From Pristiophorus japonicus (taxonomy: Eukaryota): DNA of 64,000 nucleotides. Where the stretch lies: positions 1 through 64,000 of the forward strand of contig NW_027254672.1 of NCBI RefSeq assembly GCF_044704955.1, in the 5' to 3' direction. Below the pieces are notes generated by a model. That model was not told the DNA's origin and did no database searches. It saw nothing but the letters and a program-made list of their open reading frames with translations. Of the stretch, positions 48,769 to 62,245 are shown piece after piece; positions within the stretch are counted from its first letter, which is position 1; the number at the start of each line of letters is the position of its first letter. The translations under genes and the position numbers were made by a program.

Positions 48769-51300
48769 GGGGCCGAAATTGCCCCTTCCGATAAAGCCTC
48801 TTGCTACCTGAAAGCAGCGGCTATGGGGCGGCGCGGAATGGCCGGGGACTCACGGCGGACTGGCCGATGTTCGTGGCATTGCCCTCAAAGGTTTTTGCTG
48901 CATTGTGAAGATCCGCCCCGCTCCAGCAGATGCGTCGTTAACGATGTCATCCGAGCGCGCACCGCATCGGACCCGCCCCGGAAGGTAAATTCATTCAAAA
49001 AGTCTTCCAGCCGCCTGTCGATGCCAACGACAGTTTTTTGGGTCGGTACACAGTGCTAGCTCAAGACCACCAGCAGCCTTTAAAAGCGTGTTGCATGTAG
49101 CAGCATTCTGCACTGACCCTCCCACTCCAGATATTGGGCGAAATGGAGAGAAGGCAGGGTGCACAGGAGGCAGATGCTTGCCAGCAGCAGGCTGCAGAGG
49201 GTGAGGAGCAGCAAGAGCATGAAGGAGAAGGCAATGAGGCAGCTGCCATCGGAAGACGTGAACATAGACATGGCGGGGAGAAGGCCCTATCGTCCAAGGG
49301 TGTACAGACAGCAGTTCTCATACATGGACCTGACGGATGACCAGTGTCTCCGGAGACTTCGATTCCTGTGCAATCTCCTGCAGTCAGACCTCCAGCCTCG
49401 AACAAAGTTGAGGACAGTGCTGACCGTTGCATCCAAGGTGACCATAGCACTCCATTTCTATGCGACTTGATCATTCCAAGCTGCTACAGTAGACATCTTG
49501 AACATTTCACATTTCACCGCGCGTAGCTCCATCATTAAGTGACAGATGCTCTCTATAAGAGAAGGAGGGACTAGTTATCCTTCCCGATGAGCAGGGACAA
49601 ACAGTTGGTGTGGAGACCAGATTCGTGAGGTGTGCGGGCTTCCCCAGGGTTCAGGGTGCCATTGACTGCACCCACGTCGCAATGAGGGCGACACAGAACA
49701 ATACCGAGATCTTCAGAAACTGCAAGGGATTCCACTCCCTCAATGTGCAGCTGGTGTGTGACACCCCACCACAAAATCATGGCAGCTGATGCCTGGTATC
49801 CTGGCAGCAGCCTCGTTGCTTTCATCCAGCGCCAGACGTGTTTGTTGGACCAAGCCAAGATTGCGGCTGGGTCCTTGGAGACAAGGGCTACCCACTGTGC
49901 ACTTGGCTGCTGACTCCCCTTCACAACCCCAGGACTGCTGTGCAGCAAGCCGGCAATGACTCTCATTCAGCCACCAGCTGCTTCATTGAGCAGTGCATCA
50001 GAATCCTTAAACAGAGGTTCCGTTGCCTGGATCACTCTTCCAGTACTCGCCTGAGCGGGTCTCCCTATTCGTGGTCGTCTGATGCATGCTTCATAACCTG
50101 GCAATCATGAGGGCACAACCATTGGAGGACGAGGCACCAGTATCAGCTGAGGAGGAGGACCAGGAGGAGGAGGACCAGTACCAGTACCAGGAGGAGGAGG
50201 AGGCACAGGAGCACGATGCACAGAAGGAGGAGGAGGTGCAGGAGGAGGACCAGGATGCGGGTCGCTGGCCAAGCTGGAGGCAGCGTCGTCATCCAAACCC
50301 TGCAAGGGAAGTGCAAAACCGTCTCATTGTTGCTCGTTTCTGATGAGTTCATGCGCACTTCACCCTTCACCTGTGCATCTCCATGGCCAACCCAATGAGC
50401 CCTCTCACACATCATTGCCCACAGGGAAATGAGACACCTGCACAGATATTGAAACACAAAATAAAGATTTATTACACAAGAAAGAATGGTGCAAAAAAAC
50501 ATACACCATCAATTATCATCCTTGTGCATTTGCTTATTCTTACACAAACCTATTCTTGAACTATGCCCCAGTGTCTCGCCTGTGGCTGCATCATGCGTCT
50601 GGGAAGGCTGCTGTGTTTCAGGTGTAGAAGCTGCAGATGTTCTTCTAGGACGCCCTCGACCAGCTCTTTCCCTGGAAGTGCCAGCTGCAGACTGCACCGC
50701 ACTCTCCTCGGTGCATTCAGTCGGGATTGGCTGGGGCGATTCCATGCTTGATGGCAATGGCGGACTGAGAGGTCTCAGCTCAGGACTACTGAGAGAGCAC
50801 ATCAGAATCCTGGTCCGAGGAGCCTGCTCCACTCCCCCGGGGCAGCACCTCACCACCCCCACCAATCAGCTGGAGCACAGGTCAGTGGTGTGGCACGACA
50901 CCGGAAGTTCCCCGTGGACCGTGGTGGACCCAGCCGCGATGGCAACAGTCAGATCTCGCTTGGCATCCAGCTGAGACTGCATGAGAGCAGATACAGTCTC
51001 GATGCCACCAGAGACTACAGCAGTAAGATGCTTCGTAAGACAGCAGCATGAGCCTGGAGCAGCTGAGGGAGAGTTAAACATCAGCGTCTCCGGGACAACG
51101 GAGGCAGCGCGAGCCTGGTGCACCTGTTCGGCATGTGGCGTGGGTAATGGTGGCGGCCACTCTGACTTCTCCCACGATCCTTTGAGAAGCTAAAATGGAG
51201 CAGGACCCCAGCGTGTTTCATCCCATTCCCTCATCACACCTCAGATCTCCCACCACCTCTCCTGAAGGCACTGCTCAGTGCCGAGCTTACAGCTCACACC
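48769..51300 (+). mobile_element. Degenerate PIF/Harbinger transposon (transposase on +, ~49220-50343; convergent accessory ORF remnant on -)
   Basis: TIR-like GGGGCCGAAATTGCC at 48769. RRPYRPRVYR..CLRRLRF, KVTIALHFYAT, GFPRVQGAIDCTHV, GFHSLNVQLVCD, LGDKGYPL..WLLTP, ILKQRFRCLD and MLHNL. Confidence 0.88.
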
Positions 51301-52305
51301 CCACTATAGACAATTAGGCCCATACAGTAGTGCCTGGTCTCCAATCGTCTCGGACCACCTTGCCACTGGACCAAGACCTTGCTCTGCTAAGCCCGTGTGG
51401 TAGCCGGTGTTCGGTGGCCACCCCACCGTAAAAAAACTCACGCACATGTATCTTCCACCCTTCAAATGAAGTTTGTGACTTGGAACGTCCGGCCCCTCAT
51501 GGACAACCCCAACAGCGACAGACTGGAATGCCGCACCGCCATCGATGCCCGGGAACTTAGAGGCTTCGATATCGACAGTGCCGCCCGAAGCAGATCCAGT
51601 GAGTAGGGGAAGGCCAGATCAAAGAACAAGGTGGAGGTTACACCTTCTTCTGGGAAGGCAAATGGTCTACAGGGCTGTAGTGATACCCGCCCTCCTATAT
51701 GCTCAGGAGACGTGGACCATATACAGTAGAGACCTCAAATCGCTGGAGAAATACCACCAACGATGTCTCCGCAAGATCCTGCAAATCCCCTGGGAGGACA
51801 GACGCACCAACATCAGTGTTGTCAATCAGGCCAGCATCGAAACACTGACCACATTCGACCAGCTCCATTGGGCAGGCCACATTGTCCGCATGTCCGACAC
51901 AAGACTCCCAAAGCAAGCGTTGTACTCTGAACTCCGACACAGCAAGCGAGCCCCAGGTGGGCAGAGGAAGCATTTCAAGGGCACCCTCAAAGCCTCCTTG
52001 ATAAAGTGCAACATCCCCACTGACACCTGGGAATCCCTGGGCAAAGATTGCCTTAAGTGGAGGAAGAGCATCCGGAAGGGTGCTGAGCACCTCGAGTCTC
52101 GTCACCGAGAGTGTGCAGAAAACAAGCGCAGGCAGCGGAAGGAGCGTGCGGCAAACCAGTCCCACCCACCCTTTCCTTCAATGACTGTCCCACCTGTGAC
52201 AGAGACTGTAATTCCCCTATTGGACTGTTCAGTCACCTGAGAACTCACTTCTAGAGTGGAAGCAAGTCTTCCTCGATTTTGAGGGACTGCCTATGATGAT
52301 GATAT
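51300..52305 (+). mobile_element. Internally deleted RTE LINE (5' UTR + EN start joined to the 3' end)
   Basis: MKFVTWNVRPLMDN... at 51466; RT C-terminus from ~51661; tail GGGACTGCCTATGATGATGAT. Confidence 0.85.
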
Positions 52306-52434
52306 TGCCTGTTTTGAACAAAATTAAAAACAGTTATCTGCAGTAATCTCGTGTAAAATGTGACAATTCAGACATTGAGTTTATCCCGGGCATATCTGAG
52401 CCATACAGACTGGTCGGTCTCAGGATTGTGTGAA

Positions 52435-55400
52435 TCAGAATCGTGGAAATTCATGGCACAGGAGGCTATTCGACCCATCGTGTCTGTGCCGGAGGACTAA
52501 GAGCTATCCAGCCTAATCCCACTTTCCAGTTCTTGGTCTGTATCCTTGTAGGGTATGGCACTTCAAGTGCATATCCAAGTACTTTTTAAATGTGATGAGG
52601 GTTTTTGCCACTCCTAGCCTTTTAGGCAGTGAATTCCAGAGCCCCACTGCTCTCTCAGTGGAAAAAGTTCTCAACTCCCCTCTAGTCCTACCAATCACCT
52701 TAAATCTATACCCCCTGGTTGTTGACCCCTCTGCTAAGGAAAATACAGGCAACTCTCGATTATCCGGGTCCCACGGGGATTGAGCTATTTCGGGTAAACG
52801 ATTTTTCCGTTAGGGCGAGTTTACATTTATAAGTTAAAACTTGAATGAATCAATACAAACAGTAACAAAAGATAGACATTACCAGCATGCATGTACAGGT
52901 TCTGTGCCTGGAACCCGGTGCCAGCACCATCCCCGTTCCCAACGTCAGCGGCGGCCGCGAGAGACAGCGGCTGCAGCAGCGCGCACACACCTCAGCAAAG
53001 TAAAGGCAGAGGAGGGTGATTTTTATGGTGAGTGAGAGAGAGAGTGTGTGAGAGAGAAACTGTGCGAGATTGTGTGTGCGAGAGAGAATGAGCAAATATA
53101 AATGAGCACAGTGTTTGGAAGGCGATTTTTCCAAATTATTTGGAGCTGTCTTTTCACTTGTTAGCCACAGAATTTTAAATCCCGATACAACGGTTTCCCG
53201 TTGGATCCGTGTACGGATAATCGAGAGTTGCCTGTAGGTCATTCCTATCCACTCTTATCTTGGCCCCTCATCATTTTATACACCTCAATAAGTCTCCCCT
53301 CAGCCACCTCTGTTCCAAAGAAAACAACACCAACCTATCCAATCTTTCTTCATAGCTAAAATTCACCAGTCATGAAAAAATTCTCGTAAATTTCCTCTGC
53401 ACACTCTCTAGTGCAATTACATCTTTCCTGTAATGTGGTGACCAGAACAGTATGCTGTGCTCTAGCTGTGGCCTATCAAGTGTTTTAATGCAGTTCTAGC
53501 ATAAGCTCCCTGCTCATATATTCTATGCCTCAGCTGAGAAAGGAAAGTATCCCGTATGCCTTCTTAATCACCGTATCTACCTGTCCTGTTACCTTCAGGG
53601 ATCTGTGGACATGCATTTCAAGAACCCTCTATTCCTCTACACTTCTCCGTATTCTACCATTTATTGTGTATTCCCTTGCCTTGTTAACCCTCCCCAAATG
53701 GAATATCTCACACTTCTTCGGATTGAATTCCATTTGCCACCTTTCTGCCCACTTGTCCAGTCCATTGGCATCTTCCTGCAGTATGCCTCAGTGCCAACCA
53801 CACGGCCAATTTTTGTATCATCTTCAAACTTCTTAATCATACCTCCTATATTGGAATCTAAATCATTGACGCATACCACAAAAAGCAAGGGACCTACTAC
53901 TGAGCCCTGCGGAACCCCATTGGAAACAGCCTTCCAGTCACCAAAACACCCGTCGACCATTACCTTTTGCTTCCTGCAACTGAGACAATTTTGGATCCAA
54001 CTTGCCACTTCCCCTTGGATCAGATGGACTTTTACTTTCCTGACCAGTCTGCCAGGTTGGACCTTGTCAAATGCCTTGCTTAAAATCCATGTAGACAAAC
54101 GCACTACCCTCATCAACCATCCTTGTTACCTCCTCAAAAATAATCAAGTTAGTCAGACATGACCTTCCTTTAACAAATCCATGCTGATTGTCCTTGATTA
54201 ATTCATGCCTTGCTAAATGATGATTAAGACTGTGCCTCACAAATGTTTCCAACAATTTTCCCATCACCGAGGTTAGGCTGACTGGCCTGTAATTACTTGC
54301 TCTATCCCGTTCTCCTTTTTTAAACAATAGTACAACATTAGCAGTCCTCCAGTCCTCCAGCATCACGCCTGTAGCCTGAGAGGATTGGAAAATGATGGTC
54401 AGAGCCTCTGCTATTTTCTTCCTTGCTTCTCCTAACAGTCTGGGATACATTACATCCGGGTCTGGCGATTTATCTACTTTCAAGGATGTTAAACCCCTTA
54501 ATATTTCCTCTCTCACTACGGTTATTTCATCTAATATTTCACACTCCTCCCCCTTAACTACAATGTTTGCATTGTCCCTCCTTTTTGTGAAGACAGATGC
54601 AAAGTATTCATTAAGAACCATACCCATATCCTCCATCACAATCTTCCTTTTTTGGTCTCCCACAGACTCTACTCTTTCTTTAGTTATCCTCATGCTCTTT
54701 ATATAGTTATAAAACATTCTTGATTTTACTTGCCAATATTTTTTCATATCTTTGCATTCCTAATTTTTAAATTTTACCCCTGCACTTTCTATACTCCTCT
54801 AGGCTTTCTGCAGTATTTAGCTCTTGGTATCCAACATACACTTCCCTTTTTTGCCTTATCCCACTGTATGTCCCTTGACATCCATGGAGTTCTAGAGTTG
54901 GGAGTCCCACCACTGCTCCAACACTGATTTACCTTCGTTGCTGTTTGAAGTCCACTTTTGCTAAGTCACATCTCGGCTTGGTAAAATTGGCCTTTCCCCA
55001 ACTGAGAACTTTTACTCTTGGTTTATCTTTCTCCTTTCCATAACTACACTAAATCTAACTGAATTATGATCACTAACACCAAAATGCTCTCCCACTGATA
55101 CCCCTACCATCTGTCCAGCATCATTCCATAAGTCCAGAACCGCCCCTCTCTTGTTGGGCTTGCTACGACTGACTAAAAACGTTCTGCTGAATGCATTTTA
55201 TGAATTCTGTACCCTCTGTACGTTTTACACTGATTCTATCCCAGTTAATGTTAGGGTAGTTGAAATCCCCTACTATTTCTGCCCTATTGTTTTTGCACTT
55301 CTCAGAAATGTGCTTATATTTGCTCTTCTCTCTTCCTCTGATGATTTGGGGGTCTATAGTACACTCCCAGCAGTGTGATTGCCCCTTTTTTGTTCTTCAG

Positions 55401-55550
55401 TTCAACCCATAAGGCCTCATTTGATGATCTTTCTAACGTATTATCCCTCCTCACAGCTGTAATTGTTTCCAATATTTCGACTGCCCCTTCCATTTTTTAT
55501 CCCCCTCTCTATCTCATCTGAAAACCCTGTAACCAGGAATGTTTTGCTGC
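52435..55550 (-). mobile_element. Degenerate CR1 LINE (third subfamily)
   Basis: ORFs 54067-54747, 53661-54116 and 52513-52752. Confidence 0.88.
52746..53234. mobile_element. pogo/Tigger-like MITE inserted in a CR1
   Basis: Perfect 21-bp TIR CAGGCAACTCTCGATTATCCG with TA TSD. Confidence 0.9.
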
Positions 55551-55554
55551 CATT

Positions 55555-58500
55555 CGTGGCAAGTAGAATCAGGGACAACCCAAAGATGTTTTATAAATAT
55601 ATTAAGAGCATGAGGATAACTAGAAAAAGAGTGGGGCCTATTAGATACCATAAAGTAAATCTGTGTGTGGAGGCAGAAGATGTGGGTATGATTCTTAATG
55701 AATACTTTGCATCTGTTTTCACAAAAGAGAGGGGCGATGAAGACTTTGCAATGAGGGAGGAGGAGTGTGAAATATTAGATGAGATAAACATAGTGAGAGA
55801 GGAAGTATTAAGGGGCTTAACAACTTTGAAAGTGGATAAATCCCCAGGCCCGGATGAAATGTATCCCTGTTAAGAGAAGCAAAAGAAGAAATAGCAGAGG
55901 CTCTGACCATCATTTTCCAATCCTCTCTGGCTACAGGTGTGGTACCAGAGGACTGGGAGGACTACTGATGTTGTACCTTTGTTTAAAAAGGATGAAATGG
56001 ATAGACCAAGTAATTACAGGCCAGTCAGTCTTACCTCAGTGGTGGGAAAAATCCTGAGGGACATGATAAATCTTCATTTGGAAAGACATGGATTAATCAA
56101 GGATAGTCAGCACAAATTGGTTAAGGGAAGGTCATGTCTGACTAACTTGATTGAATTTTTTGAGGAGGTAACAAGGAGGGTCAAAGAGGACGGTGTGTAT
56201 GATATAGTGTATATGGATTTTAGCAACGTTTTTCATACGATCCCACATGACAGACTGGTCACGAAAGTAAAAGCCCATGGGATCCAGGGCAAAGTGGCAA
56301 GTTGTATCCAAAATTGGCTCATGGGCAGGAAGCAATGGGTAATGGTTGATGGGTGTTTTTGTGCCTGGAAGGCTGTTTCCAGTAGGGGTCCGCAGGGCTC
56401 AGTGCTGGATCCCTTGCTTTTTGTGGTGTATATCAATGACTTGGTCTTGAATGTTGGGGGTATGATTAAGAGGTTTGTAGATGACACTAAAATAGGCTGT
56501 GTGGTTGATAATGAAGAAGCAAGCTGCGGATTGCAAGGCGATATCAATGTACTGGTCAGGCGGTTGGAACAGTGGAAAATGGATTCAATCCGGATAAGTG
56601 TGAGGTAATGCATTTGGGGAGGTCTAACAAGGCAAGGGAATACACAGTAACTGGTACGACACTGAAAAGTGTAGAGGAACAAAGGGACCTTGGAATGCAG
56701 GTCCACAGATCCCTAAAGGTAGTAGGCCAGGTAGATAAGGTGGTTAAGAAGGCAGAGAGAATACTTGCCTTTGTTAGTCGAGGCATGGAATACAAGAGCT
56801 AGGAGGTTATGCTTGAACTGTAAAAGCACAGGTTAGGCCGCAGCTGGAATACTGTATGCAGTTCTGTCACCCCATTACAGGAAAGGAGGGTAGCTAATGT
56901 AACACCATTTTTTAAAAAAGGAGAGAGAAAATGGGTAATTATAGACCGGTTAGCCTGACATCAGTAGTGGGGAAAATGTTGGAATCAATTATTAAAGATG
57001 AAACAGCAGCACATTTGGAAAGTAGTGACAGGATCGGGCCAAGTCAGCATGGATTTATGAAAGGGAAATCATGCTTGACAAATCTTCTGGAATTTTTTGA
57101 GGATGTAACTAGTAGAGTGGAGAAGGGAGAACTAGTGGATGTGGTGTATTTGGACTTTCAAAAGGCTTTTGACAAGGTCCCACACAAGAGATTGATGTGC
57201 AAAATTAGAGCAAATGGTATTGGGGTAATGTATTAACGTGGATAGAGAACTGGTTGGCAGACATGAAGCAGAGAGTCGGGATAAACGGATCCTTTTCTGA
57301 ACAGGCAGGCAGTGACTAGTGGGGTGCTGCAGGGTTCAGTGCTGGGACCCCAGCCATTTACAATATACATAAATGATTAACATGACGGAATTGAGAGTAA
57401 TATCTTCAAGTTTGCAGATGACACTAAGCTGGGTGGCGGTGTGAGCTGTGAGGAGGATGCTAAGAGGCTGCAGGGTGACTTGGACAGGTTAGGTGAGTGG
57501 GAAAATGCATGGCAGATGCAGTATAATGTGGATAAATGTGAGGTTAGCCACTTTGGTGGCAAAAACATGACAGCAGAATATTATCTGAATGGCGGCAGAT
57601 TAGGAAAAGGTGCAACGAGACTTGGGTGTCATGGTACATCAGTCATTGAAAGTTGGCATGCAGGTACAGCAGGTGGTGAAGAAGGCAAATGGCATGTTGG
57701 CTTTCATAGCGAGGGGATTTGAGTATAGGAGCAGGGAGGTCTTACTGCAGTTGTACAGGGCCTTGTTGAGGCCTCACCTGGAATATTGTGTTCAGTTTTC
57801 GTCTCCTAATCTGAGGAAGGATGTTCTTGCTATTGAGGGAGTGCAGCGAAGATTCACCAGGCTGATTCCCGGGATGGCAGGACTGACATGAGGAGAGACT
57901 GGATCGACTGGGCCTCTATTCACTGAAGTTTAGAAAGATGAGAGGAGATCTCATAGAAACATATAAAATTCTGACGGGACTGGACAGGTTAGATGCAGGA
58001 AGAATGTTCCCGATGCTGGGGGAGTCCAGAACCAGGGGTCACAGTAAGGATAAGGGGTAAGCCATTTAGGACCGAGATGAGGAGAAATCTGTTCACTCAG
58101 AGAGTTGTTAACCTGTGGAATTCTCTACCACACAGAGTTGTTGATGCCAGTTCGTTAGATATATTCAAGAGGGAGTTGGTCCTTACGGCTAAAGGGATCA
58201 AGGGATATGGAGAGAAAGCAGGAAAGGGGTACTGAGGTGAATGATCAGCCATGATCTTTTTGAATGGTGATGTAGGCTGGAAGGGCCAAGTGGCCTACTC
58301 CTGCACCTATTTTCCATGTTTCTATGAAAGATGTGATTGCACTGGAAAGGGTGCAGAGGAGATTTACAAGAATGTTGCCTGGGCTGGAGAATTTTGGCTT
58401 TGAGGAAAAATTGGAGATGCTGGGTCTGTTTTCTTTGGAACAGAGGAGGCTGAGGGGAGACCTGATTGAGGTGTATAAAATTATGAGGGGCCTAGATAGA

Positions 58501-58838
58501 ATAGATAGGAAGGACCTGTTTCCCTTTGCAGAGGGGTTAACAACCAGGGGACATAGATTTAAAGTAATTGGGAGGAGGTTTAGAGGAGATATTAGGGGAA
58601 ATGTCTTTACCCAGAGGGTAGTGGGAATCTGAAACTCTCTGCCTGAAAGAGTGGTAGAGGCAGGAACCCTCACCACATTTAAAAAATACTTGTATGTGCA
58701 CTTAAAGTGCCGTAACCTACAGGGCTACGTTCCAAGAGCTGGAAAGTGGGGTTAGGCTGGATAGCTCTTGGTCGGCCGGTGCGGACACGATGGGCCAAAA
58801 TAACCTCCTTCCATGCTGTAAATTTCTATGATTCTATA
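55555..58838 (+). mobile_element. CR1 (third subfamily) interrupted by another CR1 (56886-58325)
   Basis: TSD GAAAG at 56881-56885 and 58326-58330; the RT reading resumes at 58331. Confidence 0.88.
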
Positions 58839-59280
58839 CGTAGCTTTCCCTTGATTATTATGGTCTGTTTTCCCAGAATTAATGTGACATAGCTCTTGTT
58901 GGAAAACATCAGAGCCAATAATTTACTTAACCCTTGAAACCAATGGAAAATGTTGAATCAGAAAATGAAATGTGCTGGCTACTTTTAACCTGGTTACAAT
59001 ACTCAGTGTGAACAAAGGAGAGGATTTGTGTGTGTGCGGCTGTGGGTGTTAATGATTTAGTAAAAGCTGTTCATCACCACACAACATTCAATCCATCACC
59101 GTACTGGGCTACTGATGGCCCGTTACCACACTGGGCCCATTGCTCTCGGTCTATTCCAGGCAGTGTTGCTGCTATGGATCCATTTTAGGTGAAGGTTTCC
59201 CACAGTTTCACCATTTATACAAAAAGTGACAGATATCACACGCTTTGCCTCTACCCTTGCCAAGTGTGAGAGAAACATAC

Positions 59281-59323
59281 CTTTAAGCTCACTGTATATG
59301 GACTGATCCGATTCCTTCAATGC
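59281..59323 (-). pseudogene. ITIM-bearing cytoplasmic exon, probably of receptor gene B
   Basis: On the minus strand: acceptor gctctgttccctgttag, 43-nt exon ALKESDQSIYSELK+G, donor AAG|GTATGT. SIYSEL fits the ITIM consensus (S/I/V/L)xYxx(L/V). Unique sequence 2.9 kb downstream of the 62 kb VJ exon. Confidence 0.6.
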
Positions 59324-59345
59324 CTAACAGGGAACAGAGCAATGA

Positions 59346-62135
59346 TAGAAACATAGAAACATAGAAAACAGGTGCAGGAGTAGGCCATTCGGCCCTTCGA
59401 GCCTGTACCACCATTCAATAAGATCTTGGCTGATCATTCACCTCAGTACCCCTTTCCTGCTTTCTCTCCATATCCCTTGACCCCCTTTAGCAGTTAGGGC
59501 CATATCTAACTCCCTCTTGAATATATCTAACGAACTGACATCAACAACTCTGTGTGGTAGAGAATTCCACAGGTTAACAACTCTCTGAGTGAAGAAGTTT
59601 CTCCTCATCTCGGTCCTAAATGGCTTACCCCTTATCCTTAGACTGTGACCCCTGGTTCTGAACTTCCCCAACATTGGGAACATTCTTCCTGCATCTAACC
59701 TGACTAGTCCCGTCAGAATTTTATATGCCTCTATGAGATTCTCCCCTCATTCTTCTGGATCCCGGGAATCAGTCTGGTGACCCTTCGCTGCACTCCCTCA
59801 ATAGCAAGCACGTTCCTCAAATTAGGAGACCAAAACAGCACACAATACTCAAGGTGTGGTCTCACCAAGGTCCTGTAGAACTGCAGCAAGACCTCTCTGC
59901 TCCTATACTCAAATCCCCTTGCTATGAAGGCCAGCATGCCATTTGCTTTCTTTGCTGTCTGCTGTACCTGCATGCCTAACTTCAAAGACTGATGTACCAT
60001 GATACCCAGGTCTCATTGTACCTCCTCTTTTACTAATCTGTCACCATTCAAATAATAATCTACCTTCCTGTTTTTGCCACCAAAGTGGATAACCTCACAT
60101 TTATCCACATTATACTGCATTTGCCCATTCACCTAACCTGTCCAAGTCCCCTGCAGCCTCTTAGCATCCTCTTCGCAGCTCGCTCTGCCACCCATCTTAG
60201 TGTCATCTGCAAACATGGAGATATTACATTCAATTCCTTCGTCAAAGTCATTAATGTATATTGTAAATAGCTGGGGTCCCAGCATTGAACCCTGCAGCAC
60301 CCCACTAGTCACTGCCTGCCATTCTGAAAAGGACCCGTTTATTCCCACTCTTTGCATCCTGTCTGCCAACATCTCTATCCACGTCAATATATTACCCCCA
60401 ATACCATGTGCCTTAATTTTGCACACTAGTCTATTGTGTGGGACATTGTCAAAAGCCTTTTGAAAGTCCAAATACATCACATCCACTTATTCTCCCTTAT
60501 CCACTCTACTAGTTATATCCTCAAAAAGCTCGAGAAGATTTGTCAAGCTTGATTTCCCGTTCATAAATCCATACTGACTTGGTTCGATCCTGTCACTGCT
60601 TTCCAAATGCGCTGCTATTTCATCTTTAATAATTGATTCCAGCATTTTCCCCACCACCGATGTCAGGCTAACCGGTCTATAATTCCCTGTTTTCTCTCCC
60701 TCCTTCTTTAAAAAGTGGTGTTACATTAGCTACCCTCCAATCCATAGGAACTGAATCAGAGTCCATGGAATGTTGGAAAATGACCACCAATGCATCTTCT
60801 ATTTCTAGAGCCACTTCCTTAAGTACTCTGGAGTGCAGACTATCAGGACCTGGGGATTTATCGGCCTTCAGTCCCTTCAATTTCCCTAACACCATTTCCT
60901 GACTAATAAGGATTTCCCTCAGTTCCCCCTTCTCGCTAGACCCTCTGTCCCATAGTATTTTCGGGAGGTTATTTGTGTCTTCCTTAGTGAAGACAGAACC
61001 AAAGTATTTTTTCAATTGGTCTGCCATTTCCTTGTTCCCCATTATGGATTCCCCTGATTCTGACTGCAAGAGACCTACATTAGTCTTCACTAATATTTTT
61101 CTCTTCACATATCTGTAGATGCCTCTGCAGTCAGTTTTTATGTTCCCTGCAAGCTTACTCTCATACCCTATTTTCCCCCTCCTAATTAAACCCTTAGTCC
61201 TCCTCTGCTGAATACTAAATTTCTCCCAGTCCTCAGGTTTGCTGCTTTTTCTGGCCAATTTATATGCTTCTTCCTTGGATTTAACACTTTCCCTAATTTC
61301 CCTTGTTAGCCACGGCTGAGCCACCTTCCCTTTATTTTTACGCCACACTGTGATGTACAATTGTTGTAGTTCATCCATGTGATCTTTAAATGTCTGCCAT
61401 TGCCTATCCACCGTCAACCCTTTAAGTATCAGTCGCCAGTCTATCCCAGCCAATTCACGTCTCATACCGTCGAAGATTCCTTTCCTTAAGTTCAGAACCC
61501 TAGTCTCTAAATTAACTGTGTCACTCTCCATCTTAATGAAGAATTCTACCATATTATGGTCACTCTTCCCCAAGGGGCCTCGCACGACCAGATTGCTAAT
61601 TAATCCTCTCTCGTTACACAAAATCCAGTCTAGGATGGCCTGCTCTCTCGTTGGTTCCTCGACATATTGTTCTCGAAAACCATCCCTAATACACTCCAGG
61701 AAATCCTCCTCCACAGTATTGCTACCAGTTTGGTTAGCCCAATCAATATGTAGATTAAATTCACCCATGATAACTGCTGTAACCTTATTGCACGCGTCCC
61801 TAATTTCCTGTTTGATGCCATCCCCAACCCCATACTACTGTTTGATGGTCTGTACACAACTCCCACGAACGTTTTCTGCCCTTTGGTTCTTCGCAGCTCT
61901 ACCATATAGATTCCACATCATCCACGTTAATGTCCTTCCTTACGATTGCGTTAATCTCCTCTTTAACCAGTAACGCTACCCCACCTCCTTTTCCTTCCTG
62001 TCTATCCTTCCTGAATATTGAATACCCCTGGATATTGAGTTCCCAGCCTTGGTCACCCTGGAGTATGTCTCCGTAATCCCAATTACATCATATCCATTAA
62101 TATCTATCTGCGCAGTTAATTCGTCCACCTTATTG
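59346..62135 (-). mobile_element. 5'-truncated CR1 LINE (EN-RT, frameshifted)
   Basis: ORFs 60677-61768, 60133-60486, 59731-60000 and 59438-59683. Confidence 0.93.
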
Positions 62136-62245
62136 CATTAAGTTTACCAGCGGTTTTTGTGATATTAATCAGATACTGATCAATAAATCCATGTGTAAGA
62201 GGTTATTCCTTCTATTCAGGTTAATATAATGTAAACTGTATTTAC

